NCBI RefSeq assembly: GCF_009914755.1
Contig: NC_060948.1
DNA from: the human T2T-CHM13v2.0 reference genome, Homo sapiens
Strand: one strand, 5' to 3'
Length of the DNA stretch: 64,000 bases
A program made the translations under genes and the position numbers. The notes under the pieces are model-generated. The model was not told the origin of the DNA. It saw nothing but the letters and a program-made list of their open reading frames with translations, and searched no databases. Shown here piece by piece: positions 26,502 to 40,759 of the stretch. Position 1 is the stretch's first letter; each line of letters starts with the position of its first letter.

Positions 26502-29500
26502 AGGCCTGGAATAAAGTGGAATGCTACGGTCTCGAATGGAATAAAAATGTATGGAATGGAATGCAATGAAACGGAATCGAATGTCATAGAATGTAATGGA
26601 ATGCAAAAAAATGGAATCCAAAATCATTGACTGGAAAGGCTGGGTGTCGAAAGGAATTGACTCCAATGGAATGGAATCGAATGGAATGGAAGTGAATAGA
26701 ATCGAACTAAATCGAATGGAATGGAATTGATAGGAACGGAATGGAAAGGAATGCAATGATTTGGCATGGAATGGAATCGAATGGCATCGAATGGAATGGA
26801 ATGGAATGCAATGGAATGGAATGTATTAGAATGTAATGAACATTAATGGAATGTACTCGAATGGATTCGACTGGAATGGAATGTTCTGGAAGTGAATGGA
26901 CTCCAATGGAATGGATTCGAAAGGAATGGAATCGAACGGAATGGAATCTAATGGAATGGAATTAAATGGAAATGAATCAAATTGAATAGCCGGAATTGAA
27001 TTGAATGGAATCGAATGCAATGGAATCTAATGAAACGGAAAGGAAAGGAATGGAATGGAATGGAATGGGCTGGAATGGAAAGGAATCGAAACGAATGGAA
27101 TGGAAGCGAACTGAAGAGACTGGAATGGAATGCACTGGAATGGAAGGGATTGTAATGGAAGGTTCTCGAAAATAATGGAAGCAAATGGAATGGAATTGAA
27201 TGGAACGGAATAGAGTCGAATGGAATTGAATGGAATGGAATGGACTAGAGTGAAATGGAATCGAACCACAAGGAATGGACAGGAATAGAATGGTCTCGAA
27301 TTGAATGGAATCGTATGGAATGGCATCAAACGGAATGGAATGGACAGCCACGGAATGGAATGGACTCGAATGCAATGGAGTCGAAACTTATGGACTGGAA
27401 TAGAATGGACTCGACTGGTACGGACTCCAATGGAATGGAATCGAATGGAAGGGATTCGAACGGAATGGACTCGAAGGGAAAAGACTGCAATGGAAAGGTC
27501 TCGAATGGAATGGAAATTAATGGAATGGAATGGAATCGAATGAAATGGAGTCAAAAGGAATGGAATCGAATGGCAAGAAATCGAATGTAATGGAATCGCA
27601 AGGAATTGATGTGAATGGAACGGAATGGAATGGAATCCAAAGGAATGGAATAGAATGGAATGGAATCGAATGGAAAGGACTCGAATGGAAATCACTCGAA
27701 TAGAATGCAATTTAATAAAATAGGATCAAATGTAATGGAATGGAATGGAAAGGAATCGAAACGAAAGGAATGGAGACAGATGGAATGGAATGGAACAGGG
27801 AGCAATGGTATAGAATGGAATGGAATCATCTGGAATGGAATTGAATGGAATGGAATAATATGAAATGGAATGGAATGGAATGGAATGGAATGCCCTTGAA
27901 TTAAATGGACTGGAATGGAATGGACTCGAACAGAGTGGAATGGAAAGTGTTGAGATAGAATGGAATGGACTCTTTTGGAATGGTCTAGTATGCAATGCAA
28001 TCGACTGGCAGGGAATCAAAAGGAATGTAATCGAATGGATTAGACTGGAATGCAATGGACTCGAATAGATTGGAAACGGAATGCAAAGGAATGGAATGGA
28101 ATAGTATGGAATGGAATGGAAAAGAATGGAGTGGAATAGACTAGAGTGGAATGGAATGGACTGGAAAGCAATGGACTGGAATGGAACTTTCTTGAATGGA
28201 CTGGAATCAAACGGAATGGAATGCAATGCAATCAAATGGCATGGAATAAAATAGAATGAAAGAGAATCAAATGGAATTGAATCGAATGGAATCGAATGGA
28301 TTGGAAAGGAATAGAATGGAATGGAATGGAATTGACTCAAATGGAATGGACTAGAATGGAATGGATTCGAATGGAAGGCAAAGGAATGGAATCTATTGGA
28401 ATGGACTGTAATGGAATGGAATGGAAGGGATTGGAATGGACTCGAATGGAATGGACTGCAATAGAAAGGATTCGAATGGAATGAAAAAGAGTTGAATGGA
28501 ATAGAACAGAATGGAATCAAATCGAATGAAATGGAATGGAATAGAAAGGAATGGAATGAAATGGAATGGAAAGGATTCGAATGGAATGCAATCGAATGGA
28601 ATGGAATCGAACGGAATGGAATAAAATGGAAGAAAACTGGCAAGAAATGGAATCGAAATGAATGGAGTGTTATGGAACGGACTCAAAAGGAATTGAATGT
28701 AATAGAATGGAGTGGAGTGGACTCGAATATAATGGACTGGAATGGAATGAAATCACATGGAATGGGAACGAATGGAATGGAATGGAAAGGAATGGAATCG
28801 AATGGAAAGGAATCGAATGGAAGGGAATGAAATTGAATCAACAGGAATGGAAGGGAATAGAATAGACGGTAATGGAATGGACTCGAATAGAATGGACACG
28901 AATGCTCAAATTGAATGGACTCGAATGGAATGGAAACGAAAGGAATGTCATCGAATGGAATTGAATCGATTGGAATGAAATCGCATAGAATGGAGTGGAA
29001 TCAAATGGAATTGAATCGAAAGGAAAGGAAGCGAATGGACTGAAATGAAATGGAATGGAATTGAATGGAAAGTAATGCAATGGAATAGAATGGAACGAAA
29101 TTTCACGGAATGGAATCAAACTGAATGGAATCAAATCAATGGAATCAAATCAAATGGAATGGAAAGGAATTGAATGGAGTAGATTGGATTGGATGGGATT
29201 GGAATGAAATGTACTGGAAAGGACTCGAATTTCATGAAACGGAATGGAATGAATTGGAACGGAATGGACTCAAATGGAATGGAATGTCATGGAATGGCAT
29301 CAAGTGGAATGGCATCAAATGGAATGGAATCGAATGCAATGGAATGCTATCGAATGGAATGGAATGCATTGGAATGGAATGTCCTCTAATGGAATGGATT
29401 CGAGTGGAATGGAATCGAATATAATGGAGTCGAATGAAAAGGAATTGAAAGGAATGGGATCGAATACAATGGAATATACTGGAATGTAATGTAATGAACT

Positions 29501-30069
29501 CGAATGTAATTGACTGGAATGGAATGTACATGAATGGAATGTAATCGAATGGAAAGTAATCCAATGGAATAGAATCTAATGCAATAAAATCGACTCAGAT
29601 AGAGTAGAATGTAATGGAATGGAGGGCAGTGCAATGGAATGGAATGGAATGGAATGCAATGGAATGGAATGGAATGGAATGGAATGGAATGGAATGGAAT
29701 GGAATGGGATGGAATGGTATGGAATAGATAGTAATGGACTGGAATGAAATGGACTGGAAAAGAATGGACTCAAATTGAAAGGGCTCGAAAGGAATGGAGT
29801 CAAATGGAATGGTCTGGAATGGAATGAACACGAATGTAATGCAATCCAATAGAATGGAATCGAATGGCATGGAATATAAAGAAATGGAATCGAAGAGAAT
29901 GGAAACAAATGGAATGGAATTGAATGGAATGGAATTGAATGGAATGGGAACGAATGGAGTGAAATTGTATACAGTAGAAGAGAATAGAATGGAATGCAAG
30001 CGAAAGGAAAGGAATGGATTGCAATGGAATGGAATTCATTGAAATGGAAGGAAATGTAGTGTAATGGAC
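26502..30069 (+). repeat. DYZ1 unit 8 (3568 bp)
   Basis: AGGCCT at 26502 and 30070. Confidence 0.9.
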
Positions 30070-33000
30070 AGGCCTGGAATAAAGTGGAATGCTACGGTCT
30101 CGAATGGAATAAAAATGTATGGAATGGAATGCAATGAAACGGAATCGAATGTCATAGAATGTAATGGAATGCAAAAAAATGGAATCCAAAATCATTGACT
30201 GGAAAGGCTGGGTGTCGAAAGGAATTGACTCCAATGGAATGGAATCGAATGGAATGGAAGTGAATAGAATCGAACTAAATCGAATGGAATGGAATTGATA
30301 GGAACGGAATGGAAAGGAATGCAATGATTTGGCATGGAATGGAATCGAATGGCATCGAATGGAATGGAATGGAATGCAATGGAATGGAATGTATTAGAAT
30401 GTAATGAACATTAATGGAATGTACTCGAATGGATTCGACTGGAATGGAATGTTCTGGAAGTGAATGGACTCCAATGGAATGGATTCGAAAGGAATGGAAT
30501 CGAACGGAATGGAATCTAATGGAATGGAATTAAATGGAAATGAATCAAATTGAATAGCCGGAATTGAATTGAATGGAATCGAATGCAATGGAATCTAATG
30601 AAACGGAAAGGAAAGGAATGGAATGGAATGGAATGGGCTGGAATGGAAAGGAATCGAAACGAATGGAATGGAAGCGAACTGAAGAGACTGGAATGGAATG
30701 CACTGGAATGGAAGGGATTGTAATGGAAGGTTCTCGAAAATAATGGAAGCAAATGGAATGGAATTGAATGGAACGGAATAGAGTCGAATGGAATTGAATG
30801 GAATGGAATGGACTAGAGTGAAATGGAATCGAACCACAAGGAATGGACAGGAATAGAATGGTCTCGAATTGAATGGAATCGTATGGAATGGCATCAAACG
30901 GAATGGAATGGACAGCCACGGAATGGAATGGACTCGAATGCAATGGAGTCGAAACTTATGGACTGGAATAGAATGGACTCGACTGGTACGGACTCCAATG
31001 GAATGGAATCGAATGGAAGGGATTCGAACGGAATGGACTCGAAGGGAAAAGACTGCAATGGAAAGGTCTCGAATGGAATGGAAATTAATGGAATGGAATG
31101 GAATCGAATGAAATGGAGTCAAAAGGAATGGAATCGAATGGCAAGAAATCGAATGTAATGGAATCGCAAGGAATTGATGTGAATGGAACGGAATGGAATG
31201 GAATCCAAAGGAATGGAATAGAATGGAATGGAATCGAATGGAAAGGACTCGAATGGAAATCACTCGAATAGAATGCAATTTAATAAAATAGGATCAAATG
31301 TAATGGAATGGAATGGAAAGGAATCGAAACGAAAGGAATGGAGACAGATGGAATGGAATGGAACAGAGAGCAATGGTATAGAATGGAATGGAATCATCTG
31401 GAATGGAATTGAATGGAATGGAATAATATGAAATGGAATGGAATGGAATGGAATGGAATGCCCTTGAATTAAATGGACTGGAATGGAATGGACTCGAACA
31501 GAGTGGAATGGAAAGTGTTGAGATAGAATGGAATGGACTCCTTTGGAATGGTCTAGTATGCAATGCAATCGACTGGCAGGGAATCAAAAGGAATGTAATC
31601 GAATGGATTGGACTGGAATGCAATGGACTCGAATAGATTGGAAACGGAATGCAAAGGAATGGAATGGAATAGTATGGAATGGAATGGAAAGGAATGGAGT
31701 GGAATAGACTAGAGTGGAATGGAATGAACTGGAAAGCAATGGACTGGAATGGAACTTTCTTGAATGGACTGGAATCAAACGGAATGGAATGCAATGCAAT
31801 CAAATGGCATGGAATAAAATAGAATGAAAGAGAATCAAATGGAATTGAATCGAATGGAATCGAATGGATTGGAAAGGAATAGAATGGAATGGAATGGAAT
31901 TGACTCAAATGGAATGGACTAGAATGGAATGGATTCGAATGGAAGGCAAAGGAATGGAATCTATTGGAATGGACTGTAATGGAATGGAATGGAAGGGATT
32001 GGAATGGACTCGAATGGAATGGACTGCAATAGAAAGGATTCGAATGGAATGAAAAAGAATTGAATGGAATAGAACAGAATGGAATCAAATCGAATGAAAT
32101 GGAATGGAATAGAAAGGAATGGAATGAAATGGAATGGAAAGGATTCGAATGGAATGCAATCGAATGGAATGGAATCGAACGGAATGGAATAAAATGGAAG
32201 AAAACTGGCAAGAAATGGAATCGAAATGAATGGAGTGTTATGGAACGGACTCAAAAGGAATTGAATGTAATAGAATGGAGTGGAGTGGACTCGAATATAA
32301 TGGACTGGAATGGAATGAAATCACATGGAATGGGAACGAATGGAATGGAATGGAAAGGAATGGAATCGAATGGAAAGGAATCGAATGGAAGGGAATGAAA
32401 TTGAATCAACAGGAATGGAAGGGAATAGAATAGACGGTAATGGAATGGACTCGAATAGAATGGACACGCATGCTCAAATTGAATGGACTCGAATGGAATG
32501 GAAACGAAAGGAATGTCATCGAATGGAATTGAATCGATTGGAATGAAATCGCATAGAATGGAGTGGAATCAAATGGAATTGAATCGAAAGGAAAGGAAGC
32601 GAATGGACTGAAATGAAATGGAATGGAATTGAATGGAAAGTAATGCAATGGAATAGAATGGAACGAAATTTCACGGAATGGAAACAAACTGAATGGAATC
32701 AAATCAATGGAATCAAATCAAATGGAATGGAGTAGATTGGATTGGATGGGATTGGAATGAAATGTACTGGAAAGGACTCGAATTTCATGAAACGGAATGG
32801 AATGAATTGGAATGGAATGGACTCGAATGGAATGGAATGTCATAGAATGGCATCAAATGGAATGGCATCAAATGGAATGGAATCGAATGCAATGGAATGC
32901 TATGGAATGGAATGGAATGCATTGGAATGGAATGTCCTCTAATGGAATGGATTCGAGTGGAATGGAATCGAATATAATGGAGTCGAATGAAATGGAATTG

Positions 33001-33622
33001 AAAGGAATGGGATCGAATACAATGGAATATACTGGAATGTAATGTAATGAACTCGAATGTAATCGACTGGAATGGAATGTACATGAATGGAATGTAATCG
33101 AATGGAAAGTAATCCAATGGAATAGAATCTAATGCAATAAAATCGACTCAGATAGAGTAGAATGTAATGGAATGGAGTGCAGTGCAATGGAATGGAATGG
33201 AATGGAATGCAATGGAATGGAATGGAATGGAATGGAATGGAATGGAATGGAATGGAATGGGATTGAATGGTATGGAATGGATAGTAATGGACTGGAGTGA
33301 AATGGACTGGAAAGGAATGGACTCAAATTGAAAGGGCTCGAAAGGAATGGAGTCAAATGGAATGGTCTGGAATGGAATGAACACGAATGTAATGCAATCC
33401 AATAGAATGGAATCGAATGGCATGGAATATAAAGAAATGGAATCGAAGAGAATGGAAACAAATGGAATGGAATTGAATGGAATGGAATTGAATGGAATGG
33501 GAACGAATGGAGTGAAATTGTATGCAGTAGAAGGGAATAGAATGGAATGCAAGCGAAAGGAAAGGAATGGATTGGAATGGAATGGAATTCATTGGAATGG
33601 AAGGGAATGTAGTGTAATGGAC
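30070..33622 (+). repeat. DYZ1 unit 9 (3553 bp)
   Basis: AGGCCT at 30070 and 33623; 15-bp deletion near 32725. Confidence 0.9.
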
Positions 33623-36600
33623 AGGCCTGGAATAAAGTGGAATGCTACGGTCTCGAATGGAATAAAAATGTATGGAATGGAATGCAATGAAACGGAATCG
33701 AATGTCATAGAATGTAATGGAATGCAAAAAAATGGAATCCAAAATCATTGAATGGAAAGGCTGGGTGTCGAAAGGAATTGACTGCAATGGAATGGAATCG
33801 AATGGAATGGAAGTGAATAGAATCGAACTAAATCGAATGGAATGGAATTGATAGGAACGGAATGGAAAGGAATGCAATGATTTGGCATGGAATGGAATCG
33901 AATGGCATCGAATGGAATGGAATGGAATGCAATGGAATGGAATGTATTAGAATGTAATGAACATTAGTGGAATGTACTCGAATGGATTCGACTGGAATGG
34001 AATGTTCTGGAAGTGAATGGACTCCAATGGAATGGATTCGAAAGGAATGGAATCGAACGGAATGGAATCTAATGGAATGGAATTAAATGGAAATGAATCA
34101 AATTGAATAGCACGGAATTGAATTGAATGGAATCGAATGCAATGGAATCTAATGAAACGGAAAGGAAAGAATGGAATGGAATAGAATGGGCTGGAATGGA
34201 AAGGAATCGAAACGAATGGAATGGAATCGAACTGAAGAGACTGGAATGGAATGCACTGGAATGGAAGGGAGTGTAATGGAAGGTTCTCGAAAAAAATGGA
34301 ATCGAATGGAATGGAATTGAATGGAACGGAATAGAGTCGAATGGAATTGAATGGAATGGAATGGACTAGAGTGAAATGGAATCGAACCACAAGGAATGGA
34401 CAGGAATAGAATGGTCTCGAATTGAATGGAATCGTATTGAATGGCATCAAACGGAATGGAATGGACAGTCACGGAATGGAATGCACTCGAATGCAATGGA
34501 GTCGAAACTAATGGACTGGAATAGAATGGACTCGACTGGTACGGACTCCAATGCAATGGAATCGAATGGAAGGGAATCGAACGGAAGGGAATCGAACGGA
34601 ATGGACTCGAAGGGAAAAGACTGCAATGGAAAGGTCTCGAATGGAATGGAAATTAATGGAATGGAATGGAATCGAATGAAATGGAGTCAAAAGGAATGGA
34701 ATCGAATGGCAAGAAATCGAATGTAATGGAATCGCCAGGAATTGATGTGAACGGAACGGAATGGAATGGAATCCAAAGGAATGGAATAGAATGGAATGGA
34801 ATCGAATGGAAAGGACTCGAATGGAAATCACTCGAATAGAATGCAATTTAATAAAATAGGATCAAATGTAATGGAATGGAATGGAAAGGAATCGAAACGA
34901 AAGGAATGGAGACAGATGGAATGGAATGGAACAGAGAGCAATGGTATAGAATGGAATGGAATCATCTGGAATGGAATTGAATGGAATGGAATAATATGAA
35001 ATGGAATGGAATGGAATGCCCTTGAATTAAATGGACTGGAATGGAATGGACTCAAACAGAGTGGAATGGAAAGTGTGGAGATAGAATGGAATGAACTCCT
35101 TTGGAATGGTGTAGTATGCAATGCAATCGACTGGCAGGGAATCAAAAGGAATGTAATCGAATGGATTGGACTGGAATGCAATGGACTCGAATAGATTGGA
35201 AACGGAATGCAAAGGAATGGAATGGAATAGTATGGAATGCAATGGAAGGGAATGGAGTGGAATAGACTAGAGTGGAATGGAATGGACTGGAAAGCAATGG
35301 ACTGGAATGGAACTTTCTTGGATGGACTGGAATCAAACGGAATGGAATGCAATGCAGTCAAATGGCATGGAATAAAATAGAATGAAAGAGAATCAAATGG
35401 AATTGAATCGAATGGAATCGAATGGATTGGAAAGGAATAGAATGGAATGGAATGGAATTGACTCAAATGGAATGGACTAGAATGGAATGGATTCGAATGG
35501 AAGGCAAAGGAATGGAATCTATTGGAATGGACTGTAATGGAATGGAATGGAAGGGATTGGAATGGACTCGAATGGAATGGACTGCAATAGAAAGGATTCG
35601 AATGGAATGAAAAAGAATTGAATGGAATAGAACAGAATGGAATCAAATCGAATGAAATGGAATGGAATAGAAAGGAATGGAATGAAATGGAATGGAAAGG
35701 ATTCGAATGGAATGCAATCGAATGGAATGGAATTGAACGGAATGGAATAAAATGGAAGAAAACTGGCAAGAAATGGAATCGAAATGAATGGAGTGTTATG
35801 GAACGGACTCAAAAGGAATTGAATGTAATAGAATGGAGTGGAGTGGACTCGAATATAATGGACTGGAATGGAATGAAATCACATGGAATGGGAACGAATG
35901 GAATGGAATGGAAAGGAATGGAATCGAATGGAAAGGAATCGAATGGAAGGGAATGAAATTGAATCAACAGGAATGGAAGGGAATAGAATAGACTGTAATG
36001 GAATGGACTCGAATAGAATGGACACGAATGCTCAAATTAAATGGACTCGAATGGAATGGAAACGAAAGGAATGTCATCGAATGGAATTGAATCGATTGGA
36101 ATGAAATCGCATAGAATGGAGTGGAATCAAATGGAATTGAATCGAAAGGAAAGGAAGCGAATGGACTGAAATGAAATGGAATGGAATTGAATGGAAAGTA
36201 ATGCAATGGAATAGAATGGAACGAAATTTCACGGAATGGAATCAAACTGAATGGAATCAAATCAATGGAATCAAATCAAATGGAATGGAAAGGAATTGAA
36301 TGGAGTAGATGGGATTGGATGGGATTGGAATGAAATGTACTGGAAAGGACTCGAATTTCATGAAACGGAATGGAATGAATTGGAACGGAATGGACTCGAA
36401 TGGAATGGAATGTCATGGGATGGCATCAAATGGAATGGCATCAAATGGAATGGAATCGAATGCAATGGAATGCTATGGAATGGAATGGAATGCATTGGAA
36501 TGGAATGTCCTCTAATGGAATGGATTCGAGTGGAATGGAATTGAATATAATGGAGTCGAATGAAATGGAATTGAAAGGAATGGGATCGAATACAATGGAA

Positions 36601-37190
36601 TATACTGGAATGTAATGTAATGAACTCGAATGTAATTGACTGGAATGGAATGTACATGAATGGAATGTAATCGAATGGAAAGTAATCCAATGGAATAGAA
36701 TCTAATGCAATAAAATCGACTCAGACAGAGTAGAATGTAATGGAATGGAGTGCAGTGCAATGGAATGGAATGGAATGGAATGCAATGGAATGGAATGGTA
36801 TGGAATGGAATGGAATGGAATGGAATGGAATGGAATGGAATGGGATGGAATGGTATGGAATGGATAGTAATGAACTGGAGTGAAATGGACTGGAAAGGAA
36901 TGGACTCAAATTGAAAGGGCTCGAAAGGAATGGAGTCAAATGGAATGGTCTGGAATGGAATGAACACGAATGTAATGCAACCCAATAGAATGGAATCGAA
37001 TGGCATGGAATATAAAGAAATGGAATCGAAGAGAATGGAAACAAATGGAATGGAATTGAATGGAATGGGAACGAATGGAGTGAAATTGTATGCAGTAGAA
37101 GAGAATAGAATGGAATGCAAGTGAAAGGAAAGGAATGGATTGGAATGGAATGGAATTCATTGGAATGGAAGGGAATGTAGTGTAATGGAC
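33623..37190 (+). repeat. DYZ1 unit 10 (3568 bp)
   Basis: AGGCCT at 33623 and 37191. Confidence 0.9.
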
Positions 37191-40100
37191 AGGCCTGGAA
37201 TAAAGTGGAATGCTACGGTCTCGAATGGAATAAAAATATATGGAATGGAATGCAATGAAACGGAATCGAATGTCATAGAATGTAATGGAATGCAAAAAAA
37301 TGGAATCCAAAATCATTGACTGGAAAGGCTGGGTGTCGAAAGGAATTGACTCCAATGGAATGGAATCGAATGGAATGGAAGTGAATAGAATCGAACTAAA
37401 TCGAATGGAGTGGAATTGATAGGAACGGAATGGAAAGGAATGCAATGATTTGGCATGGAATGGAATCGAATGGCATCGAATGGAATGGAATGGAATGCAA
37501 TGGAATGGAATGTATTAGAATGTAATGAACTTTAATGGAATGTACTCGAATGGATTCGACTGGAATGGAATGTTCTGGAAGTGAATGGACTCCAATGGAA
37601 TGGATTCAAAAGGAATGGAATCGTACGGAATGGAATCTAATGGAATGGAATTAAATGGAAATGAATCAAATTGAATAGCACGGAATTGAATTGAATGGAA
37701 TCGAATGCAATGGAATCTAATGAAACGGAAAGGAAAGGAATGGAATGGAATGGAATGGGCTGGAATGGAAAGGAATCGAAACGAATGGAATGGAATCGAA
37801 CTGAAGAGACTGGAATGGAATGCACTGGAATGGAAGGGAGTGTAATGGAAGGTTCTCGAAAAAAATGGAATCGAATGGAATGGAATTGAATGGAACGGAA
37901 TAGAGTCGAATGGAATTGAATGGAATGGAATGGAGTAGAGTGAAATGGAATCGAACCACAAGGAATGGACAGGAATAGAATGGTCTCGAATTGAATGGAA
38001 TCGTATGGAATGGCATCAAACGGAATGGAATGGACAGCCACGGAATGGAATGCACTCGAATGCAATGGAGTCAAAACTAATGGACTGGAATAGAATGGAC
38101 TCGACTGGTACGGACTCCAATGGAATGGAATCGAATGGAAGGGAATCGAACGGAAGGGAATCGAACGGAATGGACTTGAAGGGAAAAGACTGCAATGGAA
38201 AGGTCTCGAATGGAATGGAAATTAATGGAATGGAATGGAATCGAATGAAATGGAGTCAAAATGAATCGAATCGAATGGCAAGAAATCGAATGTAATGGAA
38301 TCGCCAGGAATTGATGTGAACGGAACGGAATGGAATGGAATCCAAAGGAATGGAATAGAATGGAATGGAATCGAATGGAAAGGACTCGAATGGAAATCAC
38401 TCGAATAGAATGCAATTTAATAAAATAGGATCAAATGTAATGGAATGGAATGGAAAGGAATCGAAACGAAAGGAATGGAGACAGATGGAATGGAATGGAA
38501 CAGAGAGCAATGGTATAGAATGGAATGGAATCATCTGGAATGGAATTGAATGGAATGGAATAATATGAAATGGAATGGAATGGAATGCCCTTGAATTAAA
38601 TGGACTGGAATGGAATGGACTCAAAGAGAGTGGAATGGAAAGTGTGGAGATAGAATGGAATGAACTCCTTTAGAATGGTGTAGTATGCAATGCAATCGAC
38701 TGGCAGGGAATCAAAAGGAATGTAATCGAATGGATTGGACTGGAATGCAATGGACTCGAATAGATTGGAAACGGAATGCAAAGGAATGGAATGGAATAGT
38801 ATGGAATGCAATGGAAGGGAATGGAGTGGAATAGACTAGAGTGGAATGGAATGGACTGGAAAGCAATGGACTGGAATGGAACTTTCTTGGATGGACTGGA
38901 ATCAAACGGAATGGAATGCAATGCAGTCAAATGGCATGGAATAAAATAGAATGAAAGAGAATCAAATGGAATTGAATCGAATGGAATCGAATGGATTGGA
39001 AAGGAATAGAATGGAATGGAATGGAATTGACTCAAATGGAATGGACTAGAATGGAATGGATTCGAATGGAAGGCAAAGGAATGGAATCTATTGGAATGGA
39101 CTGTAATGGAATGGAATGGAAGGGATTGGAATGGACTCGAATGGAATGGACTGCAATAGAAAGGATTCGAATGGAATGAAAAAGAATTGAATGGAATAGA
39201 ACAGAATGGAATCAAATCGAATGAAATGGAATGGAATAGAAAGGAATGGAATGAAATGGAATGGAAAGGATTCGAATGGAATGCAATCGAATGGAATGGA
39301 ATCGAACGGAATGGAATAAAATGGAAGAAAACTGGCAAGAAATGGAATCGAAATGAATGGAGTGTTATGGAACGGACTCAAAAGGAATTGAATGTAATAG
39401 AATGGAGTGGAGTGGACTCGAATATAATGGACTGGAATGGAATGAAATCACATGGAATGGGAACGAATGGAATGGAATGGAAAGGAATGGAATCGAATGG
39501 AAAGGAATCGAATGGAAGTGAATGAAATTGAATCAACAGGAATGGAAGGGAATAGAATAGACTGTAATGGAATGGACTCGAATAGAATGGACACGAATGC
39601 TCAAATTAAATGGACTCGAATGGAATGGAAACGAAAGGAATGTCATCGAATGGAATTGAATCGATTGGAATGAAATCGCATAGAATGGAGTGGAATCAAA
39701 TGGAATTGAATCGAAAGGAAAGGAAGCGAATGGACTGAAATGAAATGGAATGGAATTGAATGGAAAGTAATGCAATGGAATAGAATGGAACGAAATTTCA
39801 CGGAATGGAATCAAACTGAATGGAATCAAATCAATGGAATCAAATCAAATGGAATGGAAAGGAATTGAATGGAGTAGATGGGATTGGATGGGATTGGAAT
39901 GAAATGTACTGGAAAGGACTCGAATTTCATGAAACGGAATGGAATGAATTGGAACGGAATGGACTCGAATGGAATGGAATGTCATGGGATGGCATCAAAT
40001 GGAATGGCATCAAATGGAATGGAATCGAATGCAATGGAATGCTATGGAATGGAATGGAATGCATTGGAATGGAATGTCCTCTAATGGAATGGATTCGAGT

Positions 40101-40759
40101 GGAATGGAATTGAATATAATGGAGTCGAATGAAATGGAATTGAAAGGAATGGGATCGAATACAATGGAATATACTGGAATGTAATGTAATGAACTCGAAT
40201 GTAATTGACTGGAATGGAATGTACATGAATGGAATGTAATCGAATGGAAAGTAATCCAATGGAATAGAATCTAATGCAATAAAATCGACTCAGACAGAGT
40301 AGAATGTAATGGAATGGAGTGCAGTGCAATGGAATGGAATGGAATGGAATGCAATGGAATGGAATGGTATGGAATGGAATGGAATGGAATGGAATGGAAT
40401 GGAATGGAATGGGATGGAATGGTATGGAATGGATAGTAATGAACTGGAGTGAAATGGACTGGAAAGGAATGGACTCAAATTGAAAGGGCTCGAAAGGAAT
40501 GGAGTCAAATGGAATGGTCTGGAATGGAATGAACACGAATGTAATGCAACCCAATAGAATGGAATCGAATGGCATGGAATATAAAGAAATGGAATCGAAG
40601 AGAATGGAAACAAATGGAATGGAATTGAATGGAATGGGAACGAATGGAGTGAAATTGTATGCAGTAGAAGAGAATAGAATGGAATGCAAGTGAAAGGAAA
40701 GGAATGGATTGGAATGGAATGGAATTCATTGGAATGGAAGGGAATGTAGTGTAATGGAC
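37191..40759 (+). repeat. DYZ1 unit 11 (3569 bp)
   Basis: AGGCCT at 37191 and 40760. Confidence 0.9.
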
